Assembly: GCA_035084275.1 (NCBI GenBank)
Contig: CM068751.1
Coordinates: forward strand, 16,678,001-16,742,000
Reading direction: 5' to 3'
DNA from: Hydrolagus colliei
Lineage: Eukaryota
DNA: 64,000 nt
The translations under genes were made by a program, and so were the position numbers. Position 1 is the first letter of the stretch. Every line of letters starts with the position of its first letter. Under the pieces are notes generated by a model that had not been told where the DNA came from, did not search any database, and worked only from the letters and a program-made list of their open reading frames with translations. Below are positions 12,529-23,430 of the stretch, in pieces.

Positions 12529-12870
12529 TAGGGTCCATTGATATGGAAATTTTCTGATATATCGGTGGGCTCATATCGATATATACCGATATATCGATAT
12601 CACCAGCTTTTTTATCCTGTGTACACGCACATTCGGAGGTGCACGCGCATTCCAGTGTGCGCGCATTCCGATATATGTGCTCTAGGCCCAGGAGGTTTGC
12701 AGTGCCGGCGATAAGATAAGTTGAAAAAGTTTTATATTATACCGATATAACCATATATCGATATATCGCCAGACACTATATACCAATGTTTTTTGATATA
12801 CCGATATGTTCAAATTTCCAATATCAGCATATCGATATGAAAAATTATACCGATATATCGCCGGACACTA
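12529..12870. mobile_element. Non-autonomous hAT-type DNA transposon (MITE, 342 bp)
   Basis: Imperfect TIRs TAGGGTCCATTGATAT / ATATCGCCGGACACTA. 8-bp target-site duplication GTTACCAC (12521-12528) and GTTACTAC (12871-12878). Many CCGATAT/ATATCG subterminal motifs. Confidence 0.85.
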
Positions 12871-13339
12871 GTTACTACCTTCCAGCAGCTCTATCCAGTC
12901 GTAAAACTTATTGTTTTGGGTCCATAAAATTCATGTTACAGTGGGTCCGCGGTATAAAATGTATGTCAGTCATGCTGCAGAGAACAGGAAGTCAATATTC
13001 TCCGATTCCAAGCATCAACGTTATAATTCTCAAAACCTGCTGATTCCAAATTGTTAATTAGCATTCAGTTTTGTGGCCTTGGTGTACATTTCCATTTACG
13101 TCTCAGGCAGCTGAAATTGAGGAGAGCAATCACAGTTAACCAGGCAGCCATGTCCCAAACCTCTGCTCCATAATATTAGTGACATGATCTTGCGTAAGAA
13201 TCTTTCTGTTTGACCATTTGTCCTTGTTGAGACTCTTCTTTTTCTTCACCGGCTCTCTCAGCTCCACTGTTATGGTTCTGTTCTTTCCTGGTTTCAATCT
13301 TTCCTTTCCCATCATCTCCACTTTGCATCCACAAAGGGT

Positions 13340-14010
13340 TTCTCCTAACCTCACACAGCGGCGTTTCTCAGTACTCTGTCCTTTTTAATCTTTAAATGCT
13401 TCCATTCAGTAATGTCACCTGCAGGCATGATGTAATTTCCGTACGTATGCGGACGACACCCAACTCTTTGTCTTCAACCTCGACTCCAGGACACTGGTGT
13501 CCTGACAGATTGTCTTAGATATCAAATCCAGGGTGAGAGCCAACTTTCTCCAATTGACAGTTGGCAAGACAGAGACCCTTTTATTTGGCTCCAATCAGCG
13601 CCTCCACAGGTGCTGGCAGCATCACTCACTATTCATGGATGTTCTCTGTACCTCATTGAGCCAGTACAGAACCTTGGTATCTTGTTCGATCATCAGTTGT
13701 TCTTTAAATTTCACAACCGTGCCATGATGCATTCTGCCTTCCCCCGCCTCCATAACATTGCCTAGCTCCACCATTGCCTTTCCCCTACATCCAGGCTTGA
13801 ATTTGCTAACTCTTTGTCGCCAGACTTTCCAACTGTTTCCTCCACTAGCTGCACATTATTCAGACCTCCTCAGCTCATGTCCTCTCACTACACTAAGTTC
13901 TGACCTCCATCCTCAACCGGCTTCACTGTCTCCCCGTCCCTCAGAGGTTAAGATCCTCTCCCTTGCTTTCAAAGCCCTCCATAGTCTTCCCCTCCCTATC
14001 TCTGTGACCT
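13340..14010 (+). mobile_element. Decayed L2 LINE ORF2 (reverse transcriptase) fragment
   Basis: TATGCGGACGACACCCAACTC = YADDTQL at 13446-13466. Downstream NFLQL..GKTE and KIL.LAFKALH motifs, with frameshifts. Confidence 0.85.
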
Positions 14011-17000
14011 ATTCACGCAAGGGGTTAAACAGCAACAAAATTACATTTATAGAGTGCCTTTCACATCGGGGGTTGACTTCATACACAGTCCAGATTTTCA
14101 GAAGCACGCAGCACTATAGCTCAGAGTTAAAAAGCAGAGTCTTTCCATCCCCCAGATAAAGCTAAGATGCTTTGTTTGGAATACATAGCAAAATTATTAA
14201 GGGTGAGTTATGTGGACTTTATTGGTAAGATAGCCTCAAGGCCTGCATGATGTATGGTATATTGGAGTTCTTTCTCAATGAGATATGTGATTATTGCACT
14301 GAACAAAAGACTGACCTTGTTTCCTATCACAAAGCTGACCCTGGTTTTATTCCCTTGACCCCAGAAATATTTTCATTCTTCTCGTTGTTTGCTTGTAGTC
14401 AAAGCATCTGAAAAAAAGGCAGTAAAATCAGGGGCACTGTAAATGCTGACAATGACCTCATTTTTCGCTATGTCTGTCGCCATGAGGATGAGCCCATGGG
14501 GTACAGAAATTCCTGTGCTGGCGCTCTATATCCTGACCTGGGAAATGTTACAAAGCTGAAATATAATCAAGAGGTTTAGATGAGTTCCCAAGCCATGAGA
14601 GTAAAGTTTAGTTTTAACATATTTGACCCAGAAACTATTGTTTTAAAGTTTTCCTTTGAGAAATACTCTAAGAAATACAATAACAATCTTAACCTCAACT
14701 ACATTCCTTGATGTTGCTTGCGTGTGTTATTTTTCAATGTTTTTGTTTCCTAGACCTTTTTCTATGCTTCTGGTTCAATTCCAACTCTAATTTGCAAAAT
14801 GACGCAGAATTAGCATCCTCCCCTCATTGGTAGATATAACAATAATATTATTAATAATTATGTCTATTTATTCTTACTACTAATAATTCTTACATTTGGT
14901 GTAGTACCTTTCAAGTTGGGAGGACATCCCAAAGTATTTCACAGGATATAGTATAAAGTGTAGCGACTGTGTGTTTTTGTGGGCAATCTCAGCACACTTG
15001 CGCACAGCTATGTCCTACAAACAGCCAGAGAGTGAAAGACCGACTTTATTGGAGGAAAATAATAATAATCCTTGGATTTGATATCATACCTTATCACATC
15101 ATTGGGACATCTCAAAGTGCTTCACGTGCTATACTGTAATGTGTATGAAAAGAACCAACCGAGCTTCCCTGAAGCTGCTTTAAGTAATTGAGAAGATGTG
15201 GGAATTCCATGTGAGGGCAGGGGTTATGGCAGTAAAACTCAGATGTTACTTGCTAAAGGATTAAGTGTCGAGTCATTAAAAGTGAGATTTGATAGCTGTT
15301 AGTTGGGAGCTTGTTAGAGACGTAAAATATTGAATAGTGAAAGTTATTGATGTGATGAAGGAAGAAAGAGCGCTGGAAAATTTCCATGTTGTTAATAGAG
15401 TTAAAGTTTGCTATATTTAAGTTGCAATGCAGAAATTCATAACTTTATCCATTTACTTCATACTAGTTTGAGAAATCAAGGCTGGAGGTGAAGACGTCGA
15501 TGAGGGTTTTTGTGGCAAAGCAAATGTGTTCACCCAACATCTTAAAATAGCTAAGAGATGGCCTAGAGATTGATGTTCTGTAATCTGCCAATGATATTTT
15601 ATTATAGATTTAGCAAGGACATGATCAGTTGATCATCTTTTAAAATAGTTGAGCCTGATCTCTGCATTGAAAGTACCTTATCTTGATGAGATCACAAAAT
15701 ACACAGTCACTACACTTTACAGCGTCTTTCTGTGAAGCACTTGGAAACGTCTTGGCGACATCAAATGCAGGGATTAATTATTATAGTTGTGTCTTGTGGT
15801 AGTGAGATAAGCCATTTTGTATTAAGTGCAAAACCATTCCATTGCCGCATAGAGCTGGATCGGTTGTGTGGTGATAGAAATTAGGTTATGGAAAAACATA
15901 TTCAAAATGGACATGCTAGCTTCATTTGTTTGTTTGCGTGATTGATGAGTGCCATTCATCTCAAAGGCTGACACTCTACACAGTTAACTGGATTGTATGT
16001 GCGTAAAGATTTTCTGAAGTAGGTTATAAATGGTTCCACTTGGCACTGTTCCCAGTATCTCTTGTGTTAGATTGGAAACTGTGAGGTACAGCAGGGTTTA
16101 ATGCTGCACAGTGGAGGGTATCAATACAGCAATTTCCTTCAGCACCAGTGCAGTCACAGGTTAAGGTTTTCCCAGAGGAGAGTTTTACTTTTAAAAGGTA
16201 CAATTGCACTGTTTGAAGAGTCAAAAAGACGAGAAATGAAAGATCTTTTGCCCAATCGAACACGAGTGCTTCAAATCAGTAGCTTTTGAAGCTAAAATCG
16301 TTTTGTAGATACTTGACAATAAAAAGCTTGTGTGTGTGTGTATTACTCTAAATATTTGCATATGGAAACCTGGTTTAGCAACCGAGTGTCGTCATCTTGT
16401 GGTCAGGAACGCTATTTTCCTGTGATGCTGCCAAATGTCATTCCATCATATGCTGGCTGGAAATACAGGAGCTGTAATGTACTGATACATTGACCCACAA
16501 AATACACACACTTTACAATATGAAGCGCTTTGAGGCGTCTCAACTACATGATCAGATACTGTATCAAATAATAATAATCCTATTTGATAAAGCGCTTTTC
16601 ACATCTTCTAGATGTCTCAAAGTGCAATATTATTATTATAGTATATTATATTATACTGTACTTATGACTTAAGCTGTAGGTAAGAAACCATATTATACCA
16701 TCATTTTGAATGAGGTCCAAGACAAACTGAAATCCTACAGTATTTACTTCAGATAACTTCATGCAGAGGAATGAATTGTCAAATTTTCATCAGAAATGTT
16801 TTTCTCTCTCTTTTGGGCCTCTTCTGGCTGCTGCTCTCCATGTTATGTGGATAGTTTTGGACTCTTATCTTCCTGCTCTCAAACTTGCAGCTATTTGAGC
16901 CACATTATCTGATATTTTACTCCCATCCTGATTTTTAAACTCCTCCTAACCCTATCTGCTATCTCTGGTGACGATCCCTGACTGTCCATCGCTTTGAGAG

Positions 17001-17596
17001 GCCCTCCTGACATGAAAGGTGCTATACAAATTTAATTTGTTGTTGATGTTTTTTCTGCATTTGTCTACCAACCAGATAAGCTGCCAAACTAATCTACCAG
17101 CGAATGTGATCTCCAGCAGGTTTTGCACAAAGATCGGATCCATTTTGAAACTTGTGGCTTAAAACAAAATGCTGTTGCAGCAGTAAAACCGACATTTACT
17201 GTGATTTCCTGACAAGTCCAAAAATAATTATTGACCTAAGTATGTATTCCACAGGGTAGGGAATAGGATAGCAGAAGCCGCAATGGGAAGGAATGCTGCA
17301 GGCCTGGGAGCATATCTCCATTCCATCTTTTTCCCCCTGCCCCTGGCTCGGCCTGGGATCCGTTATTGAGCAGCGCCGTGAGACGCCGCTCGGCGTGGAG
17401 GGTGCTATATAAATCAAAGTTGTTGTTGTTGTTATCAAAGATTCAGTTGAGCCTATCAAGTGCATTATTGGCCTCCACACATAATCTTGTGTGGTGCTTT
17501 ATCCGCATCAGGTGTCTTGTTAAATCTCACTCTGCTTTCCCCTCCCCCCAACCCAATATATGTATTATATATATATATATATATATAATATATATA

Positions 17597-18222
17597 CCGT
17601 ATATATCCGCGTATAAGGCGCACCCGCGTATAAGGAGCAGCCCCCGTTTTTGACCTTTTCTTGGTGAAACAAAACGGAAGCATTTTCAATGATATTGCCG
17701 GCAGAAGGGAGGAGAGACAGGAGAGACAGGTAGGTAGGGAGAGAGAGAGGCAGGCAGGCAGGCCGGCAGCGTGGGAGGGAGAGAGGTAGGCACACATGCA
17801 GGCAGGCAGGGAGAGAGAGAGGGAGAGAGGCAGGCCGGCAGCCAGGGAGAGAGAGAGGGAGAGAGGCAGGCCGGCAGCCAGGGAGAGAGAGAGGGAGAGA
17901 GGCAGGCCGGCAGCCCGGGAGAGAGGGAGAGAGGCAGGCCGGCATGCAGGCAGGGAGGGAGGGAGAGGCAGAAGGTAAGCACAGCACTGAAGTTCGCTGC
18001 TGCTGCCGCTGCCCGGGCGGCCGAGGCCGAAGCCCCGTCACCCGCTCCCCCCAACCCCCGCCGGACACTGACCAAACCCCGGCTGACAGCGCGCCGGCCG
18101 CCCCTCCTGTTTACTGTATCTCCGAGGCTCAAAATCTCTTGTACCTGCGTATAGGGCGCACCCCCAACTTTCGAGATCTTCCGACCTGAAAAAAAGTGCG
18201 CCTTATACGCGGAGATATACGG
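17597..18222. mobile_element. Non-autonomous Tc1/mariner-superfamily (Tc2/pogo-like) transposon, 626 bp
   Basis: 27-bp TIRs CCGTATATATCCGCGTATAAGGCGCAC / GTGCGCCTTATACGCGGAGATATACGG (1 mismatch), flanked by TA on both sides and inserted in a (TA)n tract. Confidence 0.9.
17800..17945 (+). repeat. Tandem repeat of about 33 bp (about 4 copies) inside the Tc2-like element
   Basis: GGGAGAGAGAGAGGGAGAGAGGCAGGCCGGCAGCCA-type unit repeated. Confidence 0.85.
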
Positions 18223-19805
18223 TATATCTTTCTTGCAATAGTCTGGGGAGTCTGTTTGTGGTCTGCAATGTTCACATTCCAACCAGTTAGTGGTCTCTCA
18301 GATGATTGTTTTGGGTACATTGGAGAATTTGTTTTAAAAAGTAATTAAATTATGACTTCGCAAATTATAATTAAAACCATTGAATAGTCATGAAAACTGC
18401 TTTATTCAAAGGGCTAATTTGGCGACAGGTCCATTGGCTAATTAGAGGTGACGATACTCCTGATGAGTTTACCCCCCCACCTCGACGACGTGTTGGGAAA
18501 GGGGCAAGTGGAACCTGTGGGGGCCACGGATTGGGGCAGCATGGAGGACTGGCTATAGTCAGGGATTTCCCCTTAGCTGCACTTAAACAGGTAAAGTAAT
18601 AAATTTGGTGTTGGCTGAGTCTCCTCTAAACCCTCGCCACCCACAAGTGCCAACCCTCAGAGAGTATTGTGTGTATGGGGGGGTCAGTAATGCAAATAAG
18701 AGATTGCTCTGGCATTCGCTCAAATTATGCATTGAAAGGACATCGTCAAAGCACTTAAGAAAGGGTGATTTTACAGGAAAATTTATATTGGGGACCTATT
18801 CGATTGCACATAGTTCACATGGAGCAACACCCAGTGAGTGATGAGCATTAAGCCATATCCACCTCAAAGGCTTTGTTGATGTGCTATTAGGCTGATGTCA
18901 TCTGATGCATCAGATAAGATAAGAGTCTAATGAAATGACAAGAACATACAGGACTCGGAATGACCATTCCGGCCCCTCTGACCAGCCCACAGTTTGAAGA
19001 TTACCATCCAGCTTTCTTTTTCATAGCTTTCAGTCGCTTCATGCTCTGCTGGACAAGGGAATGATTGCCTGGCCAAACCAGCATCCTTTCTATTGATTGT
19101 TTTCTTGCAGTTGAGCATGAAGCAATTGTGAAGGAACTTCATGCCATGGTGATGAGGTGATGTTGATTTGCAGTGTTACTGACATGGTGATGATGGTACT
19201 GTATAAGTAGTGCACCTATCTCACTGACACTCAGCAGCTGCAGTGGTGTGTAGAGGGTTCAGACAGTTATACTCTCGTCACTGAACAAGGTCGGCGTGAT
19301 GAAGAAACAGGAATTAATTACTTTGTTAATGTTTCCATAGTTACAATTCACATGCCTTGTTGTATGCTGAGGCCTGTAATTGCATTGATGGGGCTAATTA
19401 TTAGTCCTGGATTTGGTTTGAGATTTTCAGAAGTTTAAAAAGGTGCTTTCACTAAACCTCCAGAGGTTAATTAAGAAGGTCTTCCACAATGTCTCCTTCT
19501 CCAGAGTGGGTTTGGGGAACTTTATAATCCTACAGACATCATAGATTGTTTGCTTGGTATCTCTGGCTGTGCCTGTGTAGTCAGGAGGCTGGTTGATTGA
19601 TCAGTGCTTTGTTCTGGGTGACGCAGAGATGATTAGTGCTTTGCTATCCAAGTTCCTGGGCTGAACTGATGGTATACTTTTACTCAACACCCACATTACC
19701 CCAATTAGTGTGGTGCGGGGTGGGGTGGGGTAGTGCTCAGTGCTTGTATCATTCCTGAAATGTATTTTTTTCTAACAAAGCTTTGACTTCTTCCTTCACT
19801 TGCAG

Positions 19806-19928
19806 GGTTTCCTCGTGTATTCAAGGCCGAAGAATGCCTGTGAGCCCATCATCTCTCCTCCACTGACTGACAACTCCAGCAACTTCATTGTTCTGATCAG
19901 AAGATTTGACTGCAATTTTGACATTAAG
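19806..19928 (+). CDS. RNF13: RNF13 exon 4 (PA domain): [41 protein letters not shown]
   Basis: TTCCTTCACTTGCAG| acceptor, AAG|GTAAGT donor, 123 nt, phase 0/0. Conserved NACEP and DCNFDIK. Confidence 0.97.
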
Positions 19929-21057
19929 GTAAGTAGCCAGGGTGTATATAATTTGGATAGAGGCCATACCCCCTCACTTTACGGATTTCTCTCTTGGGCA
20001 CTCAAGTAATCAACAAAAGTAGGGTCCGAATTTATACAAGTTCCTATCCCAGAAATTTCTTGTGAAACTTAAAAAGGAAGCTTCCCTCCCCAATCCGACT
20101 CCTCAGTTAAAAGAAATTGTCTCTGTACGTGGCTGTCTGCCGTCTTTTTTAAGTTTTAATAAAAGCCAAATGGCACCCACATTCTCAGTGTGACATGCTA
20201 CTAAATCCTGGCCTTTGTTTTTGAGGATGTCTTGAGGACCTATCCAACCACAGAGACTCCCTGAGGCTTTGGTTTTTGGCAGCAAAACCAGCTAATGGTA
20301 GAGTGCCTCGGAGGACCTTTCCTGTCACCTCATCAGTTTTAAAACAAAATGACATTTATATTGCGCCTTTCATGTCTGGTGGGATTCAGTGGCGGTCCTG
20401 CTCTTGACACACCAGCCGCTCTACTTCACCACTGCACTGGCATTGCCCACCCAGCTCACACTGTACCACTCATTACTGATCACAGCAAGGGGTCCGAGGA
20501 GCGAACGATTGTAGTCAAAACTCCCAACACAAGAGCATATCCAATACTGCATCTATCCAGCGGGACCATATTTCTACAGAAAGGAAAAACAAGAGCAGCC
20601 ATTTGGCTCTTGGAGTGACAGTGGAAGCGGGGCTGTAGGCCACTAAGAAGTATAGGGACTGTGTCAAAATCCTGGTTCGAGATACAGAGCCAGAAACTGC
20701 TAGAGGTAATTGTTACATAATCATTTTTGTATTTCACACTACTGTACTGGGTTAGCATTGGCAATACCCTTGTTAAAGGTGCACTACTCAGACCATATAG
20801 AAAATGACAAGAGGAGCTCATAAAAGTGGAAAAAAATTCGAGAGGGGAATATGTGGCTTGGAAAAGCCATTACAGAGCGGGACCTTTCCACAAATCCAGC
20901 AAGATGGTGACAATATTGAACCCCAAAACTATTCCCATTCTAACTCCCAAGAGGGAAGACAGTAACTGTTTTGACCTGTCAGGTTAAAAGAAAATACAGC
21001 AGTTGTCTACAGATGATCAATTTTAGCTACCCAAATTATCATGTGGTGAAAGAGAGA

Positions 21058-21365
21058 GTTAATAATAATAATAATCCTTGCATTTGATATAGCGCTTTTC
21101 ACTCTTCTAGATGTCTCAAAGTGCTTCACAGAATATACTGTAAAGTGATTGAGTGTATATTTGTGGGCGAAAAATTGCGCTGGTTCCAACAAACAGTCTT
21201 GGAGCGAAATGACCAATTCATAGTTTTTTTTTCTCTTGACCGATTATTATCTGGCATGTGGAGTAAGGAAACTTGCCCAAGGTTTCGCCCTGACCTACCT
21301 GGAATTGAACCCATGTCTCTCGCTTGAAAAGCGAGTGCTTTAACCACTGAGCTATAGGACTCCAC
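21058..21365 (-). mobile_element. Full-length tRNA-derived SINE
   Basis: Same family as 204-541. Head GTGGAGTCCTATAGCTCAGTGGTTAAAGCA on the minus strand; (TAA)n tail. Confidence 0.9.
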
Positions 21366-21774
21366 AAGTTGAGTTGGAAAGACACATTCCGTGAGAATCA
21401 AAAGCATGAGACAGTGTCAACCGAAGACCAATTGGCATGGTTGTCAAAACAACTTCAAGGAAGTTATTGAATTGGACAAGTTCTGCTAAGTGAAATTTAC
21501 CAATCTTTAAATTCATGAAGGGAAAGGCATTGTAACAAAGGAGATTAATGAGCTGCTCTACATGTGCTCTTTAACGTGGTTTGCTTAAAAATATACAGCG
21601 TAAGATTTTGTGGACATATTACTGTTGTGAGAATTCTGTTTTCTAGTAAACTCAGAAGAAGGCTAGAGAGTGAGAGAGAAAGACACACAGCTGAGGAAAG
21701 CGGAGGTCTGAGAATAGCGAATCCTATTGAATTCCGAAAAGGAAAAAAGACATTATTCTGTCTGCATGTTGATA

Positions 21775-22030
21775 AACAACAACAACAACAACAACAAAAT
21801 GAGACTTGTATAGCACCTTTCACGTCAGGAGGACGTCCCAAGGCGCTGGACAGTCACTGCTTCAGACCCGAGCTGAGGACAGGAGGGGAGGGAAGGGGGG
21901 ATTAGGAGTTGCCGATGGGTCCATCGAAGAGGAGAGTCTTGAGGCGAAACTTGAAGGAGGCCAGGGAGGGGGCGAGGCAGAGGGACTGCAGGATGGAGTT
22001 CCAGAGGTTGGGGGCAGAGTGGCTGAAGGA
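21775..22030 (-). mobile_element. L2 LINE 3' end with (GTT)n tail
   Basis: (CAA)n, then TATAGCACCTTTCACGTCAGGAGGACGTCCCAAGGCGCTG and GGAGTTCCAGAGGTTGGGGGCAG (reverse complement of the APNLWNS codons). Confidence 0.8.
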
Positions 22031-22852
22031 TCGCCCTTAAGATGCTATCTGCATATTACTTATCGATAGGGGCAAATGTCACGGTCACTTTGTTTTAATT
22101 AATGCTCTACCTTTATTATTATTATCTCTTTCTAATGATGTTTGCTGCAGATAGATAGTCTGTACACATAGTTTGCAGTGATGGTCCAGTGATCAGAATA
22201 TAATTTTAAAACAGTACAGCCTTGATAACACAAGGTCTGTGACCTGGGAAGGTTAGAAAAATATAAAAGGAGGGGCTTTGTTGAACTCGGGTTCGCTCTA
22301 TGTCTTTCGTGTCGTGAAGGAGATATGTGCCTGACCTGAGAGCCTTGCCTCCAGGTCAAGTTTGTTTTTTCCTTTGTCTGTTAACTCAGGGTAAAGCTGA
22401 TAGTTATAAGGTTGTTCTATTTCTTAATGCTGCAATTGTTTATCTTGTCCCGGGCTGTGTAACAGAGGCATAGGGTTTTAAGAACCAATAAAATACCGCT
22501 GAGTTTTCTATACAGTGCATTCTTGAGTCTCTGTTCAATTTCAACGAAGGAGGGAGAGAAGCAAGCAGGTTACTGCGGACGTCAAATGTTTGGTAATGAG
22601 TATCACGCTGTTTGAAGCATCGCATTGTTGTGCTATAAGGCATCGGGATTACCTGCTGCTGTGTTACTTCTCATTTAACGGAGTTTCACTCAGAGAGGGA
22701 ACTCGCACGACACAGGGAAGGATCTACTCTAGAGGCCACCCAGTAGACATTTGGGGGTGAAAACAATTACCGTGGGAACCAGTGTGAGTGTGACAGTTGA
22801 ATTGATTGTTGAATAAATTGTTAGATATGGCTCTGATGAATGTACTGACAGT

Positions 22853-23430
22853 ACAAACAAACAAACCTTACATTTATATAGCGCCTTTCACGTCGGGAGG
22901 ACGTCCCAAGGCGCTGTACAGTCAGGTAGGACAAGAGCAGGGTGGGAAGGATCAGGGCAGGATGAAGAATAATAGGAAAAGTAACTATATTAGTGGGCGA
23001 AACGTGGCAGCCAAATTGCGCACAGCAGTGTCCCACAATCAGTCACGGAAGTGGGACTAGGGGCAAAAGGGGGTAAAGAAGCAAAAGGGGAGGGGTCGAG
23101 GCAGGGGGAAGAAAAGCAGGAAAGTCAACTGTATACTTGTGGGCGAAACGCGGCAGCCAAATTGCGCACAGCAGTGTCCTCACAAACAATCGCGAAAATG
23201 GGGCCAGGGGAGAAAGGGGGAAAAGAGGGCAAGGGGTGAGAGGGAGGGAAAGGTGGGATGGGTTAGGGTTAGGGAGGAAGAGGGGGGAGAAAGGGGGGTA
23301 AGGGAGAGAGGGAGGGAAAGATGGGTGGGGGCAAGATCAGGAAGAGGGAAGAGGGAGGGAAGGGGAAAAGGGAGGAGAGAAAGTGGGGAAAGGGAGTGAG
23401 GGAAGAAGAAGATGGGGGCAGGGGTGGCCA
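22853..23430 (-). mobile_element. L2-type tail fused to two tandem copies (about 145 bp) of a SINE-core-containing unit, then a purine-rich tract
   Basis: ACATTTATATAGCGCCTTTCACGTCGGGAGGACGTCCC, then GTGGGCGAAACG(T/C)GGCAGCCAAATTGCGCACAGCAGTGTCC at about 22993 and again at about 23139. Confidence 0.75.

Noticed and set aside
17565-18282. Long overlapping ORFs (127-198 aa) on both strands
   Set aside because: Low-complexity translations of the GC-rich tandem repeat inside a non-autonomous transposon; no transposase motifs.
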